Part shown: positions 1 to 8,579 of the stretch, piece by piece
How positions within the stretch are numbered: the first letter of the stretch is position 1
Layout: each line of letters starts with the position of its first letter
From: Ruminococcaceae bacterium UBA6842
GTDB lineage: Bacteria > Bacillota > Clostridia > Oscillospirales > Acutalibacteraceae
Assembly (NCBI GenBank): GCA_002451855.1
Contig: DKDS01000048.1
Coordinates: 18,535-67,226, forward strand
DNA length: 48,692 nt
Direction of reading: 5' to 3'
Translations under genes and position numbers: made by a program
Notes under the pieces: model-generated
Seen by the model: only the letters and a program-made list of their open reading frames with translations
Database searches by the model: none
What the model was told of the DNA's origin: nothing

Positions 1-2527
1 ATTTTAAAAACTCGAACGATTCATCAGCAAGACCGCGTTTTTCAGCACTCTTAAGTATTATGGCACCGGATACTGTACTTGAAACAGTAACATTTGTCCC
101 TTTTTCAGTTACTGTAGCAGGCATAGAGGCTATGGTCCACCGTCCGGACAGTTCAGGTGCAACAGTAGCCAAGGTTTGATAATAAGAATAACTCGTTATA
201 AGTATCGGCATCTCTCCGGAACGGAAACGAGAAGTCAAGTCAAAGTCAGTGTCCAATCCATAGTCTCGGTAAAGACTTACCCAATTCATAAATGCAGATT
301 TTGCACCGGTGCTGTTAAAATTAACTTCTGTCAAATCATCATTAAAATATTTATCTCCGGTTTGCAAAAGTAAAGTTTCAAAGAAACTTATTCCTGTTGA
401 AATACCCGCGTTTGTACTATCGCTCTCCCTAATACCTACAGTAAAATTGTTCTTCTGAAGCTCACAAAGCACCTTGTAAAATTCATTCCATGTTCTCGGC
501 ACGCTAAGACCCAACTTTGCTAAGATGTCTGTGCGATAAAACATCATTTGAAAGTCCTGCGTTACCGGCATAGCATATATTTTGTTCTTATAAGTGAATG
601 GTATCCATGAAGATTCCGAGAACTGTTCGAAGAATTCATTATCCTGTGAATACAGATAATCCGTCAGGTCAAGCACCTGTCCTCTCAAAGCAAGATCAAT
701 CGGAACATCTTGAGTAACAGATACCGAAACATCCGGTTCACAACCCGCCAAAATCGCTTCTGTGAGTGTGGTTGTTGAAATTTTAAAATCCACCGCTATA
801 CCGGATTGCGGAACAAACGAATTATCAATTATCTGTTTCACAGATTGGGCTTGGTCTCTTCCTAAAGTGCACCAAACGGTTATAGCCTTTTGGCTTGTGT
901 CAGTGAAATTGTAATCATTGGAAAATGATGAAACAAATCTTTTGAATTCAAATGACAGGGACTTAAAAAAGCCACAATTTGCTTTCGGCTCTTCGCTTGC
1001 GGGAGACATTAAATAAATACTGTCCAATTCAAGCGGCAGATTGTTAAAATCATAAGTTTCGCCCGCATAAGACTCAATATAGCTTTTAAAAGTAGAAAGT
1101 TCGGAAACTATAAGGCGCGGGTTCGCTGTAAAGCTATCAATCAGTCTCACAAATTTTTGTATAAAGAATATTTTTGGATTTTCTTCCCCCATTATATTTG
1201 ATATACCCTCAGATATTCCCGACATTAATTTGCGGGCAGCAGATAATTGATCAATCAAATCGGGAATTTCTTTTTGTATATTGTAATCTCTCTCGGAATC
1301 CGGCGTAGCACTTGTGACCATTATTATCGATTGATATATATCATTAAGATTGTTTACCGAACTGTATATATCACTCAATATCGTAGCCATCGGACCCGTA
1401 GTAGCCTTTAAGGTAATAATGTCACCCGGCTTCAAGAAAATACGGTAAGGTTCGTTGTCCCCGAAGGTTGATATTTGCCAATCCCCGTCATATTTAAATC
1501 CGATACTTTTTGCTTCTTTAAAAGGCAATTCGTTGTTTATGTATAAAGTACGGTAAGTAGTGGTTCCAACCGTACCGTTCTGTTTTGCCCTAAAGCGAAG
1601 AATATATAAACCCGCCTCAGCATCATCCGGCACCTTCCATGACGCCCACTGACCGTTAGTCTGCCAATAATCTTTTCCGAAGGAATTTACTACCCTTCTT
1701 GAAGGATCGGACGGTGACATTCCCGCATTAGTACTGTCGATAGTAGCGGCTAATGTACTCTCACTTTTTTCAAATGCGTCCTCCGCCTCAATAATGCAGT
1801 TTTCATCAACATCGTTATATGAACTGTTGGATTCTAAGTATGTCTCATAATTCTGAACAGAGGAATCATATCTCCCCAAAACAATTTTGCTTACATAAAG
1901 CGATTCTGCCACCCGTTTAATCTTAAGAGTATGAGAACCTTTTTCCAAATACACACGATACGGCTCCTCATATAGTCCTATGCTATTTTCTGCCCAGTCA
2001 AAGCGTTCATGAAACGCCTCTGTCTGTTCATCTCTTATTTCATCGCCGTTTTCATCTTTAACTCTTTCGCTGTATTTGTTGACCCATATGCGCGAGAATG
2101 ATACTTCATCCAGTTCCTCATAGGGTAATTCATCATCAAAATTAAAGGAGAGTCTTATGGTTGACGAAGATTCGGCAATCGGTTCATAATTCAATCCAAT
2201 ATTATAAAATCCGGACTCAGAAACATCAAATTTAAAGTCGCAATAAGAATTATTTTTATCAACAGCCACTCTTTTATCGTTTATGCTTTTAGATATATCC
2301 TCGGATTTTTCCTGAAGTATTAAATTTTCGGTTGTAATATCTATACTATCTTGCGAAAAATGAGCATCTTTGTGCTCAGATAAATACGCCGAGTAATTTT
2401 TACCCGACTCATATGTAACTGCGGTGTAAGCCGTTTTTTCATTTTCTGCCTTGACATTTAAGCATGAAAATGCAGACACAGTCATCAGGGCAGCAATTAA
2501 AACAGCCGAAATTTTCTTATTATACAA
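1..2527 (-). CDS. Partial large secreted lipoprotein-type ABC extracellular solute-binding protein with a long N-terminal extension; the 3' end runs off the window
   Basis: It is absent from the ORF track because no stop codon lies inside the window. My translation of the minus strand stays open in one frame from TTG at 2527 (GGTGGG 6 nt upstream) to position 2. I checked the frame at three places. The N-terminus, (M)YNKKISAVLIAALMTVSAFSC, is a signal peptide with a lipobox-like cysteine. The last part, FRSGEMPILITSYSYYQTLATVAPELSGRWTIASMP, resembles family-1 solute-binding proteins. Confidence 0.6.
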   Translation of the reverse strand, partial: MYNKKISAVLIAALMTVSAFSCLNVKAENEKTAYTAVTYESGKNYSAYLSEHKDAHFSQDSIDITTENLILQEKSEDISKSINDKRVAVDKNNSYCDFKFDVSESGFYNIGLNYEPIAESSSTIRLSFNFDDELPYEELDEVSFSRIWVNKYSERVKDENGDEIRDEQTEAFHERFDWAENSIGLYEEPYRVYLEKGSHTLKIKRVAESLYVSKIVLGRYDSSVQNYETYLESNSSYNDVDENCIIEAEDAFEKSESTLAATIDSTNAGMSPSDPSRRVVNSFGKDYWQTNGQWASWKVPDDAEAGLYILRFRAKQNGTVGTTTYRTLYINNELPFKEAKSIGFKYDGDWQISTFGDNEPYRIFLKPGDIITLKATTGPMATILSDIYSSVNNLNDIYQSIIMVTSATPDSERDYNIQKEIPDLIDQLSAARKLMSGISEGISNIMGEENPKIFFIQKFVRLIDSFTANPRLIVSELSTFKSYIESYAGETYDFNNLPLELDSIYLMSPASEEPKANCGFFKSLSFEFKRFVSSFSNDYNFTDTSQKAITVWCTLGRDQAQSVKQIIDNSFVPQSGIAVDFKISTTTLTEAILAGCEPDVSVSVTQDVPIDLALRGQVLDLTDYLYSQDNEFFEQFSESSWIPFTYKNKIYAMPVTQDFQMMFYRTDILAKLGLSVPRTWNEFYKVLCELQKNNFTVGIRESDSTNAGISTGISFFETLLLQTGDKYFNDDLTEVNFNSTGAKSAFMNWVSLYRDYGLDTDFDLTSRFRSGEMPILITSYSYYQTLATVAPELSGRWTIASMPATVTEKGTNVTVSSTVSGAIILKSAEKRGLADESFEFLK

Positions 2528-2844
2528 AATGAACCCACCTACCGATTTCATACAATTAAAACTCAGACTAACAAGGGAAATTTCCTCTTTTGCATAAGCA
2601 AGAAACACTAACCAATTTTTGCCTTTTAATAGTCGAAACGCTTAAAATATTGCTTATGCAAATCGTTTTGCTTAATGTATATTATACATATCTATTGCAA
2701 ATTTGTCAATGTTTTTATTATAAAAAATGTGTATTTTTATGGTTTTTAAATTTCTTTGCTGTGTTTTTATAAATATATATTGTTTTTTATTTGGCGGTGT
2801 GTTATTATCTTGTAAATTTAATATTATATTCAGGGGGAAATAAA

Positions 2845-4515
2845 ATGGAGAATTTTTATAATATACCGACATTAAATCCCGCAAAGGGAGCCGGTGAAGA
2901 AAATTTGTCAATTATAAGGCGGGCAATTAATATCGCCAAACTCAACTCATTCAACGGAATTAAGCTTCCGTCCGGCGAATATGAAATATACAGCAATGAA
3001 TCACTAAAACTATACAAAGATATGCTTGACGGTAAATTTTCTCCGCTTGATTACGATAGAATTAAAGATTTAGCCACCGAAAATATTGCTTTCAAGCTTA
3101 ACGGTTTCGAGGACTTTATTTTCAGCGGAGATAACACTATACTGAAATTTGATGGCCTTATAGCCCCATTTGATATAGATAATTGCAAAAGAATGCGTTT
3201 AAGAAGAATAACGATCGACTGGTTGCATATCCCGTATTTTACTGCAAATATTTTGTCGATAATTGAAAACAACATTCAAATTATGCCTATCGACAGCCGA
3301 ATTTCCGGCAATGAACCGATAGTCTCTATTCAAAACACAGATATTAATAGCGGCGTTCCCGGCGGCAATGCAGTCTTTGAAAATGTTTCCAATATTAAGA
3401 ATTACGATGGAAAATACAGTCTTTCGTGCGATGCGGCAGAACAATTTGCCACTTCAGATACACTGATATTAAGACATATTTATAATTTTGCTCCCGCAAT
3501 ACATATATATCGCTCTACAAATATCACGATTGAAGATGTGACTGTGAAAGCAGCCGCTGGTATGGGTATAATAGGTCAAAAAGTCAACAATTTAAACTTG
3601 TACAGAGTAGCTGTAAAACCGGGTAAAGGAAGGGCTATGTCCACAAACACAGATGCTGTACATCTAATAAACTGCAGTGGCTTAATAAATATAAACACTT
3701 GTCATTTTGAGAGTTCTGGAGACGATGCGTTAAATATTCACGGATTCTACCATATTGTAGAAAAAATCGCAAATTCCCGCATTTATACAAAGCAACCTCA
3801 AAATTCACAAGATTATATTGATGTGGTTTTTGACAAAGACCACGAAATCGAATTTGTAAATTCGACCACCCTTATCCCACATTATAAGGCAAAAATTATT
3901 AACAGCGGTTTCGACAAGAATGAAGATATGTATTTTATAGAATTATCTCCCGATGATATAAAACATATTAAAATCGGAGAATATATTTCAAGTGCCACCG
4001 AAATTGCCGCATTGAATTTTGAAAACTGCGTTGTAAAAAATCTAAGAGGTCGAGGTATGCTTATTCAAACCCGTAATGTAAAGGTAAGAAATAACTTATT
4101 CGACTCTTGCACCGGAGAAGCCATACATATATGCACTGAAGCCGGTTGGTATGAAAGCGGCTCAACAGAAAACATAAAGATTTATGAAAACCGATTTATA
4201 AATTGCGGCTTCGGAAAAACAAAATACTGCGATGCCGTTGCAGTTGTCACTTCAACAGATGCACCGATTCAAACCCCCGGTGTGCATAAAGACATAAAGA
4301 TTTTTGGAAACAAGATTATTGGTAAAAGCAAGCCTTTCCTCATCACATGTGCGGACGGAGTAGAAATTATTAACAATGAAATAGCATGTACAAAAGAATG
4401 CGAGGTAAAAGAAAGCATAAACATCGTAATAAAGAACAATAAAAAATTAAAATATGACGATGCGAATTCGCACAGTTTTATTAAAAAATCTATTGATGTA
4501 TCCGAAAAAAGATAA
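2845..4515 (+). CDS. Right-handed parallel beta-helix (pectin-lyase fold) protein, possibly a glycoside hydrolase; no signal peptide
   Basis: This is the track ORF 2791..4515. I prefer the ATG at 2845 because it follows a GGGGGA RBS. Motifs STNTDAVHLINC and SSGDDALNIHG, plus repeated ~25-aa beta-helix turns, resemble the NTDG/GDD signatures of GH28-like enzymes. Confidence 0.55.
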   Translation: MENFYNIPTLNPAKGAGEENLSIIRRAINIAKLNSFNGIKLPSGEYEIYSNESLKLYKDMLDGKFSPLDYDRIKDLATENIAFKLNGFEDFIFSGDNTILKFDGLIAPFDIDNCKRMRLRRITIDWLHIPYFTANILSIIENNIQIMPIDSRISGNEPIVSIQNTDINSGVPGGNAVFENVSNIKNYDGKYSLSCDAAEQFATSDTLILRHIYNFAPAIHIYRSTNITIEDVTVKAAAGMGIIGQKVNNLNLYRVAVKPGKGRAMSTNTDAVHLINCSGLININTCHFESSGDDALNIHGFYHIVEKIANSRIYTKQPQNSQDYIDVVFDKDHEIEFVNSTTLIPHYKAKIINSGFDKNEDMYFIELSPDDIKHIKIGEYISSATEIAALNFENCVVKNLRGRGMLIQTRNVKVRNNLFDSCTGEAIHICTEAGWYESGSTENIKIYENRFINCGFGKTKYCDAVAVVTSTDAPIQTPGVHKDIKIFGNKIIGKSKPFLITCADGVEIINNEIACTKECEVKESINIVIKNNKKLKYDDANSHSFIKKSIDVSEKR

Positions 4516-4587
4516 AGCTAATGCTGTTTAAAAAACAAATAGTTTTTTATGCTATTTAAAATTATAAGATAAAAATTTTTTCAGCAC

Positions 4588-4627
4588 CTCAAAAGCCCTT
4601 AAATAAAGGCTTTGGGGCGCTTTTTTG
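4588..4627 (+). terminator. Probable intrinsic terminator after the beta-helix gene
   Basis: An imperfect stem, CCTCAAAAGCCC...GGGCTTTGGGG, is followed by CGCTTTTTTG. Confidence 0.35.
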
Positions 4628-4660
4628 TTGCCCGAATCCAAAAAAATCCCCAAAATTTAC

Positions 4661-4688
4661 TTGACGGAATTTTGTTAATAAATATAAT
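4661..4688 (+). promoter_or_regulatory. Sigma-A-type promoter for the radical-SAM gene
   Basis: TTGACG (4661-4666), a 16-nt spacer, then TATAAT (4683-4688). Confidence 0.45.
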
Positions 4689-4807
4689 TTCAAGGCAAAG
4701 TTAAGAACCGCTGAATTTTCGATGTGGGAGGTGATGTATTTCAATGCGTCACGGCGTTTTTTACTATGAAAAATATGAAAAAATTTATTTATAAAGGAGG
4801 TCATAGT

Positions 4808-5947
4808 ATGACTATTAAAAAATTTAATACGCCTACGGTTTCAAGCAAGATAGGTATATGCGGTCTACCTTTAAGGGTAGATACCTATTCGGTATGCTCA
4901 TTCGGTTGCACATACTGTTTTGCTAATAACAGAGAAATTATGAAAGCCTCGGATTTTAAGGTAGCAAACTTAAATCACCTTAGGAAAACTCTCGAGCGTA
5001 TACTGGACAAACACGAAATTGATGAAAACAGTCTTTTGGATAAGCTCATTTCGGAAGGTATTACCTGGCACTGCGGAGGTCTGTGCGACCCGTTTATGCC
5101 ATGCGAGGAAAAATATCATATAACCTCGCAGATGATAGATATTTGCAACAGGTACGGTATATCAATACTCTTCTCAACTAAGGGAAACAGCGTTTACGGT
5201 GCAGACATCCGACCTGATTTACACAGCTTTCAATTAAGCGTATCCAATATATCCGACAATAAGCAGTGGGAGCCTAATGTTCCGAGTATGGAAAGCAGGT
5301 ATAGGTTTTACCGCGAATTAAAATCCAAAGGCTTTAAGGTGGGTATCCGAATACAGCCGTTTATACCTGGTATAACCGATACGGATATTATAGACCTGTT
5401 CCACGACGCTGACTTTTTTACAATAGAATCCGTTAAAATAGTTCCGCAGGATAAGGAGTACAGGCAAAAGCTTACAGAGCTGCTTAATATACCTATAAGC
5501 GACTTTAAGTTTTCGGGACTTTACAACCTAAAGTCCGAATTAAAGCTTAAGTATTATAAGCCCTTTATTGAAAAGCTTGAGCTTTACAATATCCCGTTCA
5601 GCATTGCGGATAATGACTTAAGGAGTATAAGCAAATCCAAATGCTGCTGCGGAGATGTACTTATTAAAAAATCAACGGACTTCAATACAACGGCGTTGCT
5701 TAAAAAATACGGCAGTGATTACAGCTTACAAAATGTTTATGATGAAATAGGCTGTTACGGAAATTGCAGTTGTAAAAGCTTATTTGCAAGCAACAGGCAA
5801 AAGGATGTTATAACCGTTTTGGACTTTTTTAAGTCAAACATAAACAGTATTAAAAACCCTGCCGGAAAACCTTTTCAGTACATACCCGAAAACGACAGCT
5901 TTTATAAGGGTTACATTCATACCAATCCTGAGAGTATACCTCAGTAA
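4808..5947 (+). CDS. Radical SAM protein of the SplB / DNA-photolyase-like type (COG1533-like)
   Basis: CSFGCTYCFAN is a CxxxCxxC cluster motif preceded by LRVDTYSV. The later GGLCDPFMP, FSTKG and IQPFIPGITD segments match the layout of that family. I prefer the ATG at 4808 after AAAGGAGG; the track start at 4724 is upstream and in frame. Confidence 0.65.
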   Translation: MTIKKFNTPTVSSKIGICGLPLRVDTYSVCSFGCTYCFANNREIMKASDFKVANLNHLRKTLERILDKHEIDENSLLDKLISEGITWHCGGLCDPFMPCEEKYHITSQMIDICNRYGISILFSTKGNSVYGADIRPDLHSFQLSVSNISDNKQWEPNVPSMESRYRFYRELKSKGFKVGIRIQPFIPGITDTDIIDLFHDADFFTIESVKIVPQDKEYRQKLTELLNIPISDFKFSGLYNLKSELKLKYYKPFIEKLELYNIPFSIADNDLRSISKSKCCCGDVLIKKSTDFNTTALLKKYGSDYSLQNVYDEIGCYGNCSCKSLFASNRQKDVITVLDFFKSNINSIKNPAGKPFQYIPENDSFYKGYIHTNPESIPQ

Positions 5948-6165
5948 ACCTATTCTCGGGCAGACATGAAAAAAGCTTAAAGTAGTTATTGTTTAAGACG
6001 GCTTCATTTTGTTTACACAAAATAAATCCGTTCAATAAAGATTACAGAGGACCGGAAAGCAAAAATGCCGCAAGCCCCTTAAACAGCGGATTTGCGGAAC
6101 TGCGGGATTTCAAAAATTTAAACAAACTCGTAGCAAAATTTAAACAAAGAAGGGTGGTGACAGCG

Positions 6166-6606
6166 ATGAAACAGGAAACCACATATGGAAAGAAGGTGCA
6201 TTTTGAAACCAAAAAATACAGTGTTCTTGATAAAGCTTCGGGTGAAATAACAGAGCGTAATTTTATAGAGAAGGTAATATCTCCCGACCTGATTGACATA
6301 GGCTTTGTAAAGCTATGGAAGGGTTATCTTACCGAATTTCTTAATAACTGCAACAGGCAGGACTGTAAGATACTTGCTTTTCTTTTATCTAACACAAACA
6401 GAAGCAACTGCATAGAAATAACCCAGCGTGAAATAGCAAGGCTGCTGGGGCTATCCCTGCCGACTGTAAACAAATCCTTAGCCCGTCTTAAAAACCTCAA
6501 CATAATCCGCAATTCAAGGCAGCTTATAATGTTAAACCCAAACTTTATAGCCTACGGTAAATACAAAACAAGGAGCAGACTGCTTGAAATTTATGAAAAA
6601 TTATAA
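6166..6606 (+). CDS. RepL-like winged-helix replication/maintenance protein
   Basis: KILAFLLSNTNRSNCIEITQREIARLLGLSLPTVNKSLARLKNLNIIR...LNPNFIAYGK has the typical wHTH layout of Firmicute plasmid RepL. I prefer the ATG at 6166, which is in frame with the track ORF 5989..6606. Confidence 0.5.
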   Translation: MKQETTYGKKVHFETKKYSVLDKASGEITERNFIEKVISPDLIDIGFVKLWKGYLTEFLNNCNRQDCKILAFLLSNTNRSNCIEITQREIARLLGLSLPTVNKSLARLKNLNIIRNSRQLIMLNPNFIAYGKYKTRSRLLEIYEKL

Positions 6607-6617
6607 TCCGATATGTG

Positions 6618-6659
6618 AAGCAAGGCAACCGCATTTTTGCGGTTGCCTTGCTTGGTTTT
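6618..6659 (+). terminator. Strong intrinsic terminator between convergent genes
   Basis: A perfect 15-bp stem, AAGCAAGGCAACCGC (6618-6632) pairing with GCGGTTGCCTTGCTT (6639-6653), has a 6-nt loop and is followed by GGTTTTA. Confidence 0.7.
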
Positions 6660-6681
6660 AAAAAACGAATAAAACAAAATA

Positions 6682-7527
6682 TTATTTATTAAACCTTTGT
6701 CTTTCGAGAATACACTCGGTAACACGGTCTGCAATCAGCCCTCTGTCGCGCTCGGCGTAAAATTCAAGCATCGGTTTAAGCTCTGCCGTAATTTCCTTCT
6801 CGGTAAACTGCGGAATTTTCAGTTGTTTGCCGAAAAGCGCTCTCGCAGTGTTCATCTGACGGTTAAATGTTGTACCGAACGGACGGGCAATTACCGACTT
6901 GATAAGTCCTTTAGGCTCAATATCCATAGGCGAAAACTGCGTGTTAGAAAGCAATCCCGCACCGTTATCAAATATCGGGCAGTAATCAAAGCTGCCGTTT
7001 TTTTCAAGCACAGCAATATTGTTAAGGTGTCGGTCGTCATTAAGAAACAGCGCGTCCGCTTCAAACAAAAGGGTCAAATATTCGGGGAATTCCTTAAGAC
7101 CCGTAAACTCCGCCGTTGCCGTTGCCAAGTATTCTATCCGCTTTTTATCGCTCGGCAGACTTGTCAATTTATCTTTAAGGGAAACTCCGAGCCGTCTTGA
7201 AAAAAGATGGCTCAGCGTAATTATCGACTGACCGCTTTTTAAAAAGCTCTCGCTTGAACATCCGGTTCTGTCTCTGCCGTGAACATTAAGTCTTTCCATT
7301 TGATATTTCGCGAAAGAAAACGGTGTGTCATCACTTATATTACTTTTTTCAAGCAGTTTTGAAATAAAGGTCTCGGCAAGCGCCTCGTAACCGAATTGAT
7401 CTAATTTGTACCATTTATTCGTCTCTTTATCGAACCATTTTTCCTGATTTCCCTTCGAGGAGGTTTCCGCTACCTTTTCATTGCTTACAAGCTTTACGGT
7501 CATTTTATTACCTCTGTTTTTATCCAT
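6682..7527 (-). CDS. HipA_C-type serine/threonine kinase with the kinase core only (HipT-like)
   Basis: It carries a SKGNQEKW P-loop-like motif, the catalytic LNDDRHLNNIAV motif and a PIFDNGAGL Mg-binding motif. An alternative ATG at 7503 forms an ATGA overlap with the upstream stop (7500-7502) and has an AGAGG RBS. Confidence 0.7.
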   Translation of the reverse strand: MDKNRGNKMTVKLVSNEKVAETSSKGNQEKWFDKETNKWYKLDQFGYEALAETFISKLLEKSNISDDTPFSFAKYQMERLNVHGRDRTGCSSESFLKSGQSIITLSHLFSRRLGVSLKDKLTSLPSDKKRIEYLATATAEFTGLKEFPEYLTLLFEADALFLNDDRHLNNIAVLEKNGSFDYCPIFDNGAGLLSNTQFSPMDIEPKGLIKSVIARPFGTTFNRQMNTARALFGKQLKIPQFTEKEITAELKPMLEFYAERDRGLIADRVTECILERQRFNK

Positions 7528-8033
7528 TGCTCATCCTCCGCCATTCTGCCGCCTGTTTTCTTTATTATTTCAAGCGGCTCGTACCTGTCAAGTCCCAATG
7601 CCTCCAGATATTCTCTTATACCGCTGCGGTTCTTAGGAACACAGCGTTCCTCTAAAAAGCCCTCAAAATCCCTCCAATCGGGAAATAAATTATTTCCAAA
7701 TGCGGTTTTTACTATATTATCGGTATAATTCTTTACGGAAAGGGACTTATCGCTTAAATCTGCGCATATTTCCGTACACAGTACATTTTTGTCATAAAAC
7801 GCCATATGCAAAAGCTTATGACCCATCGCCTTTTTCTTAACCGAAAATTCTTTAAACGAAAGGTGAGGTGAGATTACGATTTTTTCTCCGTCATAACAAA
7901 GCTCTGCTCCGTTATCGTTAAGCTTTAATTCCGTCACCCACCTTGTAGGCAGTGAAATCTTATATGTTTTGGCGTTTCCTCCGGCAGTGCCGCCGGCTGT
8001 CCCGACAATAATTTTCGCGTTTCGTTTTTCCAT
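7500..8033 (-). CDS. Fusion of an AbrB/SpoVT-type DNA-binding domain with a HipA-N-terminal-like (HipS-like) domain
   Basis: The N-terminal YKISLPTRWVTELKLNDNGAELCYDGEKIVISP looks like a swapped-hairpin AbrB fold. The C-terminal FLEERCVPKNRSGIREYLEALGLDRYEPLEIIKKTGGRMAEDEQWIK resembles the N-terminal region of single-chain Firmicute HipA-like proteins (R.iP..R ... D.yWI). Confidence 0.55.
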   Translation of the reverse strand: MEKRNAKIIVGTAGGTAGGNAKTYKISLPTRWVTELKLNDNGAELCYDGEKIVISPHLSFKEFSVKKKAMGHKLLHMAFYDKNVLCTEICADLSDKSLSVKNYTDNIVKTAFGNNLFPDWRDFEGFLEERCVPKNRSGIREYLEALGLDRYEPLEIIKKTGGRMAEDEQWIKTEVIK

Positions 8034-8042
8034 ACCATCACC

Positions 8043-8086
8043 ACGAATATATTACCATATTCGTAACGAATAGTCAATGTTTTAAA
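8043..8086 (-). promoter_or_regulatory. Promoter with overlapping operator half-sites for the AbrB-HipS/HipT-like operon
   Basis: On the minus strand: TTGACT (8077-8072), a 17-nt spacer, then TGG-TAATAT (-10 at 8054-8049). Three ATTCGT/ACGAAT half-sites interleave with it, including the 8-bp-arm palindrome ACGAATAT-N6-ATATTCGT (8043-8064). Confidence 0.5.
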
Positions 8087-8136
8087 AGCTGTCCCGCGTC
8101 ATCAGGCGGTTCTGTTCAGTCTATGTAATAAATTTT

Positions 8137-8232
8137 TTAATAACACTCGGGAACACCAAGGTCGTTAGCGGCTTCCATCTTAAAACGGTTAAGGGCTTCG
8201 CGAGCCTCAGGTACTGCATTCTTGTTTGCCAT
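8137..8232 (-). pseudogene. Truncated alpha/beta-type small acid-soluble spore protein (N-terminal 31 codons only)
   Basis: It is below the ORF-track size cutoff. A GGAGAG RBS precedes MANKNAVPEAREALNRFKMEAANDLGVPECY*. This matches the first conserved SASP block of clostridial SASPs (LVPEAK..L..FK.EVA.E.GVP). The second block (GSVGGEM..R) is missing in every frame downstream. Confidence 0.45.
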
Positions 8233-8460
8233 GATTTTTTCTCTCCTATAAAAATTTCTCTTTGCGTTTGCATTAGTATTTTGCGTTGCAAAACAAATAA
8301 TATTATAGGTAAATTATGCGTTTTTTGTAATTTTTTATAAATTCGGAGGCCTCATAGCTTCGGGAGTCACACTCGGACACATTCTGCGCAAACTCAACCG
8401 CAGATTTCGATTAAATTTCTAATTTTTATAACATAAATTTTCACCACCTTAGAATATTAA

Positions 8461-8502
8461 AAATAAAAAAATCCTGTCCTTATTTCAAAATAAAAACAGG
8501 AT
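8461..8502 (-). terminator. Intrinsic terminator of the FAD-dehydrogenase operon
   Basis: On the minus strand, the stem ATCCTGT/ACAGGAT (8471-8502) is followed by a run of U (A-run at 8461-8470 on the plus strand). Confidence 0.5.
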
Positions 8503-8579
8503 AAAAATATTATGCCGTTATTATATTTTAAAAATCCAAAATGTCAAACAATTCGGAATGATAAGACCTTAAAACAAAC

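Noticed and set aside
176-373. 65-aa plus-strand ORF at the window start
   Set aside because: It is embedded antisense in the long open minus-strand solute-binding-protein frame.
4735-4770. 11-codon upstream ORF (MYFNASRRFLL*) with a GGGAGGTG RBS in the radical-SAM leader
   Set aside because: It could be a leader peptide. However, it is very short, has no associated terminator/antiterminator structure that I could fold, and there is no conservation evidence available.
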